Shown in pieces: positions 57,394-64,000 of a stretch of 64,000 nt of DNA. The stretch spans positions 8,412-72,411 of IMG/VR virus record IMGVR_UViG_3300037601_000024; one strand, given 5' to 3'. The notes under the pieces are model-generated. The model ran no database searches and was not told the origin of the DNA. It saw nothing but the letters and a program-made list of their open reading frames with translations. Both the position numbers and the translations under genes were made by a program. Numbering within the stretch: position 1 is the stretch's first letter; the number at the start of each line of letters is the position of its first letter. This stretch comes from a virus. Lineage: Duplodnaviria > Caudoviricetes.

Positions 57394-58968
57394 TTACTGA
57401 CCGGCTGGGTTATGGGTGTCGACTTTGAACGTCTCATAACCGTGGTGAACGAAATTGAATTCACCGGAGCGCAGGTTCGCACCCCAGACTTCACTGTCTA
57501 CGGTGTAGATGATGCGTGGGTACATCGGCACATCAAACGGCCAGCGAAGACCGTTTGGAACCTCATCACCGCGTTCGATCATCTTGCCGGCGAAGTCCTG
57601 CATGTTCTGTTCAGAGAAAATTCCAGACAGGATGGTTTCGCCTGTGTCGAGGTTTGTCACATCGACAGAGACTTGATTGGTGTTGCTGACACGGATGATC
57701 TCGCAGAAGAGAGTCGTGTTCCCCCAGTCATAAGCGACACTGGTCAGCAGCAGCGGACCATTGCCGTTATCAAGGGTGAAGCGGACGTTTCCACGACCAA
57801 GCAGTTCGATTGCGTACTTATGCTTGTCGTCGCCTGAGTAACCGAAAGCTTCGGCACCGTCAGAAACGAGCGCAAGAGGCGTTGCGATCATGCCGTCCAC
57901 CATCTCTGGTGTTTCGACAACTGTCGCATAGCCACCGTCACGCCAACCGCGCTGCTTCTGACCTTCAAAGTTCAGACCACCAGATGTCGCCAGTGCAGGC
58001 TCCATTTTGAAGGTGATGTCATCTTCGGTCAGAACGACATTTTCCCAGGTGAAGTTCAGGTCATCCTGAGACGTCATAACTGGGTGGAACTCGCGGTTGA
58101 AATCATACGGCGCCATCGGAAACAACCCGAATGAGATCATTTCTTCAGTGCCGTTACTTGGATCACCATCGAACAGCGTTGGTGCGGCGACAGCAGTTTC
58201 GGCCGGAGCTTCCTCTACTGCCGCTTCACTAAAAACCGTTGGGTCTGCCTCATCTTGGTCAACGACAGGAGCAGGTGCTTCAGTGGTCGGCTCAGCAGGC
58301 AGCTGAGCGATCACTTCTTCAGCAGCCGTTGCCTCTTCGACAGGAGCTTCCGCAATTGGCTCTTCCGTGACCGCAGTTTCAGTTTCGATCACAGGCTCCG
58401 CCGGAGCCTCTTCAACGGCGACTTCTTCCGTTTCGATGACCGGATCAGCAGCGACCGTTTCCGCCGGTGCTTCAACGGCAACTGGCTCAGCGACAGGGGT
58501 TTCCACGACCGCTTCTGCGACCGGTTCTTCCGTTGGCGCTTCGACTGGAGCTTCAGCGACAGGCTCAGCAGGTGCTTCTTCTGTCTCGATGACCGGCAAC
58601 GGTGCTTGAGCGTCCGTGGCAGGTTCTTCGATCACCGGCTCTTCGACCGGTTGATGGACAACCACGTCAACGATTTGAACACCGCCTTCGGCGGTGGTGT
58701 CTTCGGTGACTGTCTCAGCAGGTTCCTCGGCAACATCTTCCGGAGTTTCCGGTGCGATGGTTGCCGGCTCTTCGCCTGCAAACGGATTGGAGAGGATTGG
58801 CGCGAGTTCGGTGCGGATATCCGCGACGATCTCATCAATGCGCGTTGCAAGAGCGGGGATAGCGGCGTTCGCCTTGTCCCGAGCAGCGACGGTTTTGTCG
58901 TGTTCGTCTTGCGCAGATTCAAGATCAATGATCAGGTCTTGAACCTTAATGAAGTTAAGGGAGGACAT
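57394..58968 (-). CDS. Protein with N-terminal coiled coil, long E/A/P/V linker and possible GH16/ConA-like C-terminal domain
   Basis: Repetitive EEPVAEAPVE linker; KYAIELLG aligns with the GH16 EIDIEFLG position. Confidence 0.75.
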   Translation of the reverse strand: MSSLNFIKVQDLIIDLESAQDEHDKTVAARDKANAAIPALATRIDEIVADIRTELAPILSNPFAGEEPATIAPETPEDVAEEPAETVTEDTTAEGGVQIVDVVVHQPVEEPVIEEPATDAQAPLPVIETEEAPAEPVAEAPVEAPTEEPVAEAVVETPVAEPVAVEAPAETVAADPVIETEEVAVEEAPAEPVIETETAVTEEPIAEAPVEEATAAEEVIAQLPAEPTTEAPAPVVDQDEADPTVFSEAAVEEAPAETAVAAPTLFDGDPSNGTEEMISFGLFPMAPYDFNREFHPVMTSQDDLNFTWENVVLTEDDITFKMEPALATSGGLNFEGQKQRGWRDGGYATVVETPEMVDGMIATPLALVSDGAEAFGYSGDDKHKYAIELLGRGNVRFTLDNGNGPLLLTSVAYDWGNTTLFCEIIRVSNTNQVSVDVTNLDTGETILSGIFSEQNMQDFAGKMIERGDEVPNGLRWPFDVPMYPRIIYTVDSEVWGANLRSGEFNFVHHGYETFKVDTHNPAGQ

Positions 58969-59033
58969 TGCAATTCCTTAGTTGGTTAAAGGTCCGCAAT
59001 AATTAACACGAATTGCTTACAATGTCGAGACGT

Positions 59034-60246
59034 TTACTCCACGCAGGCGTCGCCACAACCGACGTAACTCTCCGCAAACTCAATGGCCTTCACACATGCA
59101 GCGAATGTGTCGGAATCTTGATATTTTCCACATGCCTTGATGCACCCCATTTCCGTAGGGTCTTCACCGGCCATGCAGCGCAATCCTTCCAAAAACGCCT
59201 GTCTATGCGCCTCTTCTGTGATGGCGCCAGGTTCGGTTGGCGTTCGATCGCTGACTGTGACGACCGGCGGGGATGGTTCGGTTGGCTCGATGGTGCAAGT
59301 TGCGACACCTGCCAGGCAGAAGCAGCCGATAGCGAATGCTATGATGGAGGGTTTCATGTAAGAGGTCCAATTAATAGTTAGGGTTGACTTACATTATAGC
59401 GCAAATAGGCTACGTCAGGTATTCCTCGTCTTCGAATTCGTCCTCACCATCTTCCTGGCGCTGCGAATAGAGCTCTACGAGACCTTCAAATGCCTCATTG
59501 AAGCCGTCGACCAATCCCTCATACGATCCAGACGCCTTCATCTTCTTCTGGGTGGTCTCGATCTGCTCATTCGACCACGAAAGTTGCCGACCATAACTGC
59601 GGACCATTCCAAGAATGGCGAATGCGTTTCCCGCTGTGCCATCAATATCAATTCGAACCATTACGACCTCCGTTTCGTTATCCTTGGTCTAGTGATGCAG
59701 ATCGATTTGTCTTTCGGCTTCGGTCGCAGTTTCTTCGGCTTCGGAATTCCAAGTTTATCGAGAACGCACGGCAGGTCTTTGATCCAGAACTCGGCCGACG
59801 CGGTCGCATCGTTTCCGCAGATCACCGCATTGGCGAATGAACGCAGGTTCTCGTCGTTGCACATGGCGGCATAGCCGTAGACCAAGTGCAAAGCGTCGAT
59901 TGCGTTCTCGAAGGCGTTCTCAGCTCTCATTTTCGCGCTCTTTGCGCCGCTGAAGCGCGCGGTCAGCCAATCCATGGTAACAATCATCCGTCTTATGGAT
60001 GAAGTTCATGTAGCCGCTTTCGCGCAACGCGAATTGCAGGCCGGCGCCAATCCCCTCGAAAATAGCGTCAACGAGCGCGGCCAAGTTTTGCAAGATTAAG
60101 GCGATAACACCGATGACGAATAGCGGAATCATGACCGGCGCCAGGCTACCCCAATAGAATACCCGTCGAACGTTGATCTTGAGGTAAGGCCAAATGAGCG
60201 CGCGATCGTGGCGAAGGATGTACTTCCAGTTCTTAAACCAGATCAT
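59034..60246 (-). CDS. Four small hypothetical ORFs (59034-59357, 59410-59661, 59661-59930, 59920-60246)
   Basis: RBS and overlaps; 59410-59661 has a DGTAGNAFAILG phage-type motif; two have TM/signal segments. Confidence 0.55.
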
Positions 60247-60922
60247 GACGCTCTTCCAAACTTTGAGAAAGGAATTGCGGGATCTCGAGCGTGACGTCGG
60301 TTGACCCTTTGACCAAGCCGATATTGCCGGTGTTTGTTCCGCCGATCGTGCGCCACGCTGCCTGAACCAGCTTAGCCTGGTACACACAATCCCATACTGC
60401 GTCATGCGCACCGCCTGGGATCAGCGCGGAGATGCCTTGATTGATCTCCTGCTTCTGCTCGTCGGTGACAAAGTCCTGCATGGTGCGGACGTCACGATAA
60501 TTACGGAAACACCCCATGAACGGAGAGTTGTCGGCGAACTCGATTGAAAGGTGGTCAATCATCGCCAGATCGAAGGCTGGACCTTTGGACCAGATGCCGG
60601 CGAACCCTGTCCACCCGCTCCGACCATGCATCGACGGCCAGTTTCGCATCTCATAAAGAGCGACGCCAGGGTGAATAGCGTTCTTCAGACCTTCCTGTAG
60701 ACGCTCGCGCGCTTCATCGCTCTGAGACAACCACCACTGAAGCGTACCGTGCTCTACGACGCGATAAGCGTCCTGCTGCGCATTAATGTCGAGGTACGTA
60801 TCAAAGCGCTCGCGGATATAGACGCGCTCACGATCAAACGGAATGGCGCTAATCTGCGTGATGACAGATTCGAGACCCGTTCCCAGAGTCTCGATATCGA
60901 TCATGACATGAATGTCAGTCAT
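60233..60922 (-). CDS. 3'-5' exonuclease (DEDDh, exonuclease VIII / Rv2179c-like)
   Basis: VMIDIETLG, T..WW..Q, WSKGPAFD, RDVRT, HDAVWD. Confidence 0.85.
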   Translation of the reverse strand: MTDIHVMIDIETLGTGLESVITQISAIPFDRERVYIRERFDTYLDINAQQDAYRVVEHGTLQWWLSQSDEARERLQEGLKNAIHPGVALYEMRNWPSMHGRSGWTGFAGIWSKGPAFDLAMIDHLSIEFADNSPFMGCFRNYRDVRTMQDFVTDEQKQEINQGISALIPGGAHDAVWDCVYQAKLVQAAWRTIGGTNTGNIGLVKGSTDVTLEIPQFLSQSLEERHDLV

Positions 60923-61392
60923 TTGTGAGTTCCTTTGTGCAGAAATCCTTATATCGCACAGAAGGAACTAATTGTCACTGATAATTTACAATGTTAAGCG
61001 GAAAGCCACCGTTCGTGTATGGCGACGCGAAGAGAGCCTGGTTACCGGCTCTGTGATATGCGTGCAGCAAAACGATCGGCACGCCTCGATTAGTTTTTGG
61101 GGGTTGGTCATCTCCCAATGGACTTTCATATCAGCACCACAGTCTTGTTCTTGGCATAATAATTGCGCATCCAGTTCACCGGCGCAGTGCTCGCATTCTA
61201 CTCGCATTTCGACCCCATCCTCTGTTTCACCATTGAAATACTCAAAGCGTCGAACCTAAAAAATATGAAATGTAAATTCGACGTGATTTTGATAGCAAGT
61301 GAAAATTGGATGACAAGCGGGTTGTCGCTCATTTTGAGCGAGGACGAACCATTTTGAGTGGCAACTCTATGCCAAATTGTCGCACCTGGCCA

Positions 61393-61740
61393 CTACATTA
61401 ACGCACTGTTCCCGTAACGCTCAAATTCGTGAACGATTTTATCAAAATTGTCCCGAAAATCAGAATCTTCTGGTAAAAAGTACCGAGCGTCGCGCCGATC
61501 GACCCATCCGTCATCCACAAGATAGCGCAGACGTCGTCTTGCTGTCTCTGGGGAAAGTTTGTGAGCGCGAGCCAGAACCGCCGGAGTAAGTCCGTCGCGT
61601 CCAGCAGTGGCAATTTCTTGGAAAGTAACCTCAAGCAGAATTAGGACATCAATCGAGTCAATGTCATGTTCTCCGTAGGCAATATCGAACATTCTGTTCA
61701 AAAAGTGGACGACCCTAAGTCGCCTTGCATTCTCAGGCAT
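61393..61740 (-). CDS. Winged-helix DNA-binding protein
   Basis: TPAVLARAHKLSPETARRRLRYLVDDGWV. Confidence 0.75.
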   Translation of the reverse strand: MPENARRLRVVHFLNRMFDIAYGEHDIDSIDVLILLEVTFQEIATAGRDGLTPAVLARAHKLSPETARRRLRYLVDDGWVDRRDARYFLPEDSDFRDNFDKIVHEFERYGNSALM

Positions 61741-61841
61741 TGTTGCACAACCGAAAGTTAGAACTAGCCAAAAAGCTAGTGGGGGTTGTTTACATAGTGA
61801 GATGATGGCGATTGTAAATGATGACTAATCGAAACGAACCG

Positions 61842-62081
61842 TCATATCGAATAAGAATAACTGATCATGTCGGACCAATCGACAGCGCCTACCGACGATC
61901 CCGCTGAATCGACCGGCCAGACGCACACGGGTGCCTTTTTGTCATATGGCCACTCATTTTCATCGCAATACTCCAGCCAAGCGTCATACGCCTCCCTGGG
62001 AGATTCGGAATTGACGAAGAGATCACAGTTAAAAGATTCTACGCCATCGTGGCTAACGTAGTATGTTTTCACCTCAGCCAA
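61842..62081 (-). CDS. Hypothetical protein
   Basis: GGAGG RBS. Confidence 0.55.
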   Translation of the reverse strand: MAEVKTYYVSHDGVESFNCDLFVNSESPREAYDAWLEYCDENEWPYDKKAPVCVWPVDSAGSSVGAVDWSDMISYSYSI

Positions 62082-62477
62082 TTAATCCTCCAAATCTTCG
62101 ATCGCGGCATCCACACCGTCCGGCGCCCAGCGACCTAACCACATGTGTAGACCTGATCTCTTCATACCTAAAAGCTCAGCGATCTTCTTCTGGGAAGCAC
62201 CGCGCTCCTGATATTGCTTGACGAATTTCAAACGCCACAGCGCGTCCTTGCTGCTGAATAGATTTCCCATCCCCTTGTTGGCGCCGAAGTGCTCACGCAG
62301 ACCTGCATCATGACGCCGGAGATATTGAGATGCTGCGACCTTAGACACACCCCAGGTATCAGCAAGGTCTTTCAGCGTAGCATTGGGATCTCTTGATAAT
62401 ACGTTCGCCTGTTTAAGACGCGCGCGTACTGTCACTGCGCATGGGGATTTTGGCATTCTTATCTCTACAATTATCAC
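62082..62477 (-). CDS. Double-HTH DNA-binding protein
   Basis: TLKDLADTWGVSKVAASQY and SQKKIAELLGMKRSGLHMW. Confidence 0.7.
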   Translation of the reverse strand: MIIVEIRMPKSPCAVTVRARLKQANVLSRDPNATLKDLADTWGVSKVAASQYLRRHDAGLREHFGANKGMGNLFSSKDALWRLKFVKQYQERGASQKKIAELLGMKRSGLHMWLGRWAPDGVDAAIEDLED

Positions 62478-62506
62478 TAATCAGTTACAATCGCAGGACA
62501 AGAAGG

Positions 62507-63679
62507 TCAACTGGCTTCGGTAGGCATTGTAACAATCGATTGAATATAATCGGACCAGGCTTGAAGCGCTTCCCGCCTTTCTTCGAGATAGTCGTAGTGA
62601 TTATAGTGACTGAGAGCGCCGAGCGATCGGACAGAGTGATTGATACACCGCCGGATTAAATCGTCGCCGATACCTTTCTTCACTTGTGGCAATTGAGTTG
62701 CGAACGTCCGCCGGAGATCATGTGCCGTAAACCGGCCGTTGAACCGCTCGTCATCGTCAAACTTCTTTAGCGCCTGCGTTACCGCCGAACTCTTGCAGAG
62801 GAAGACATCTCCGATCTTACGAGTGCCAACCTGCTCGCGCAGAAGCTTAATGGCGAACAAGCTGAGCGGAACTTTGTGCTCCCTACCATTCTTGGTTCTC
62901 TCTTTGGGAATAATCCAAACCCTATTTTCAAAGTCGATATCCTTGACCTTCATAGACGCCGTCTCGCCTGATCGCTGAGCGGTCAGAAGGATGAACCGTG
63001 TCAGAGCAGCACTGTCGCGTGTGTAACGCCGTTCCCGGTCGCAGGCGTGCCAGAGAGCTTTAATCTCATCTTCCGATAACACCCTGGTTCTTCGCCTCTT
63101 GCCGGCAACATGTGGCACTGAACGCATAGGGTCGTATTCGACATACTCTCTTTGCGCACCCCAATTAAAGATGACAGCCAGGACGACACGGCAGGTTCTC
63201 GCAACACCCTCACCTCCCTCCTTCGTCAACAAGCTCTCCAAGAACTGAAAGAGCGCACCTCTCCGGATCGACTTTAATCTGCGATCGCCGAAAACCGGCA
63301 GAATGTGTACGTCCAGCATGATGCGATAAACACGCTGGCTGGCTGGCTTTAAGTTCCTGAACTTCGGAGATTCCAGATACATTTTGGCTAAATCTCGAAA
63401 CGTCCATGTTCCAAATACATCCTCGTCGCCGATACCAATACCGGCGTCCAATTCCTCTTGAAGCTTGAGAGATCGCCGGCGTGCCTCTCTCAGTGAGATC
63501 GTGTCGGCGTCACCAACTTTCTTTTCTTTTTGTTGGCCGTATCCGGTGAAGCGATAAAAATATGTTTTACTTCCTGATTTATACACCCTTAGACAGAGTC
63601 CTGATCCGGTCACGTCGCTTAGGCGATAGTCTCTATTTTTGACCGGCGCGCGATCGACTTTTGTCTGCGTTAAACCCAC
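62507..63679 (-). CDS. int: Tyrosine integrase with N-terminal arm-binding domain
   Basis: DYRLSD..GSGLCLRV..SGSKTY; catalytic R (TAQRSGE), K (TKNG), HDLRR, NH, HY; GTG start after AGGA. Confidence 0.95.
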   Translation of the reverse strand: MGLTQTKVDRAPVKNRDYRLSDVTGSGLCLRVYKSGSKTYFYRFTGYGQQKEKKVGDADTISLREARRRSLKLQEELDAGIGIGDEDVFGTWTFRDLAKMYLESPKFRNLKPASQRVYRIMLDVHILPVFGDRRLKSIRRGALFQFLESLLTKEGGEGVARTCRVVLAVIFNWGAQREYVEYDPMRSVPHVAGKRRRTRVLSEDEIKALWHACDRERRYTRDSAALTRFILLTAQRSGETASMKVKDIDFENRVWIIPKERTKNGREHKVPLSLFAIKLLREQVGTRKIGDVFLCKSSAVTQALKKFDDDERFNGRFTAHDLRRTFATQLPQVKKGIGDDLIRRCINHSVRSLGALSHYNHYDYLEERREALQAWSDYIQSIVTMPTEAS

Positions 63680-63705
63680 AGTTGTATCCTCAATAATTTG
63701 AATCC

Positions 63706-63725
63706 TGCGTCCAGTTTGCGTCCAG
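63706..63725. repeat. Tandem 9-bp direct repeats, candidate integrase arm-type sites
   Basis: TGCGTCCAG at 63706 and 63717 (11-bp period). Confidence 0.55.
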
Positions 63726-63873
63726 ATTGAGCAGGTTTTCGACATTAGTAACGGATTGTTGTTATTTACAATTTTTTATCGCGGTCAAGCGCGTTCTGTT
63801 GCCGTTATTGGGGTTAAGGGTCTAATTAATTGTAATCTTTGACTTATTTTCTGTTTTTCGATTTTTGGTAGAA

Positions 63874-63889
63874 TTATTCGCTTATTAAC
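63874..63889 (+). promoter_or_regulatory. CtrA-box-like site upstream of flgE
   Basis: TTAT-N7-TTAAC, one mismatch to TTAA-N7-TTAAC. Confidence 0.4.
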
Positions 63890-63934
63890 CTATGATTTCT
63901 ACTTTCGGTTGCATCGACTGCAGGAGCAACCGAC

Positions 63935-64000
63935 ATGAGTATATCATCATCTTTGAATGCCGGGGTCATGGGCCTCAACGCCAACTCGACCCGCCTCTCA
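63935..64000 (+). CDS. flgE: Flagellar hook protein N-terminus (host gene, truncated by the window)
   Basis: MSISSSLNAGVMGLNANSTRLS resembles alphaproteobacterial FlgE N-termini; AGGAG RBS. Confidence 0.75.
   Translation, partial: MSISSSLNAGVMGLNANSTRLS

Larger units (their letters stand above)
1..63850. mobile_element. Large prophage / phage-plasmid-like element (partial; left end outside window, right boundary approx. 63,780-63,870)
   Basis: Phage-type replisome, recombination and nucleotide genes; dense small hypothetical ORFs; one recurrent operator motif throughout; tyrosine integrase at the right end, followed by a host-like flgE start. Confidence 0.9.

Noticed and set aside
503-63850. 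Recurrent ~25-bp repeats as a CRISPR array
   Set aside because: Spacing is irregular (hundreds to thousands of bp), copies sit before genes, and no cas genes are present; they behave as operators/promoters.
1-64000. Virion structural, lysis, rep/par or recognisable anti-phage defence genes
   Set aside because: No terminase, capsid, tail, endolysin, RepA/ParAB or named defence system could be recognised by eye; they may lie outside the window.

Overview
Nearly the whole window (~1-63,850) is one arm of a large temperate phage or phage-plasmid. It is probably integrated just upstream of a host flagellar hook gene: a flgE-like N-terminus starts at 63,935, which points to an alphaproteobacterial host. 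Positions 1-29 kb (+ strand) are an autonomous replication, recombination and nucleotide-metabolism block: DnaB-like helicase, primase, XRE regulator, CobT-like VWA and CobS-like AAA+, DnaE fused to a UDG-like domain, UvsY-like protein, SSB, 5'-3' exonuclease, RecA, SbcD/SbcC, HNH, BRCT, RuvC, NrdA/NrdB, ThyX, dUTPase, kinase and a DEDDh exonuclease. From my recollection this gene set resembles SSU5/pHCM2-type phage-plasmids. Positions 29-47 kb are a cassette-like array of small ORFs plus an ATP-dependent ligase, a HAD phosphatase, a DNA methyltransferase and an outer-membrane protein. Positions 47.4-52.1 kb are a repeat-rich regulatory region with tiny early-type operons. Positions 52.3-63.7 kb are a minus-strand arm ending in a tyrosine integrase. 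No virion genes are visible. The strongest unexplained signals are: (1) a shared 15-residue C-terminal tag, ER-x3-Y-x6-[GA]-x-F-stop, on 5-7 unrelated proteins; (2) a circularly permuted tRNA-like RNA at 53,220-53,294 with no Ro/TROVE partner in the window; (3) covarying leader hairpins with an ACAGCAAG loop followed by a boxA-like motif, next to Arg-rich peptides (a possible N/nut-like antitermination system); (4) about 30 copies of an AGTCA-N4-TGACT operator lying inside sigma70-like promoters; (5) RNA switches with mutually exclusive helices. All annotation is by eye and from motif recognition; no database searches were run.
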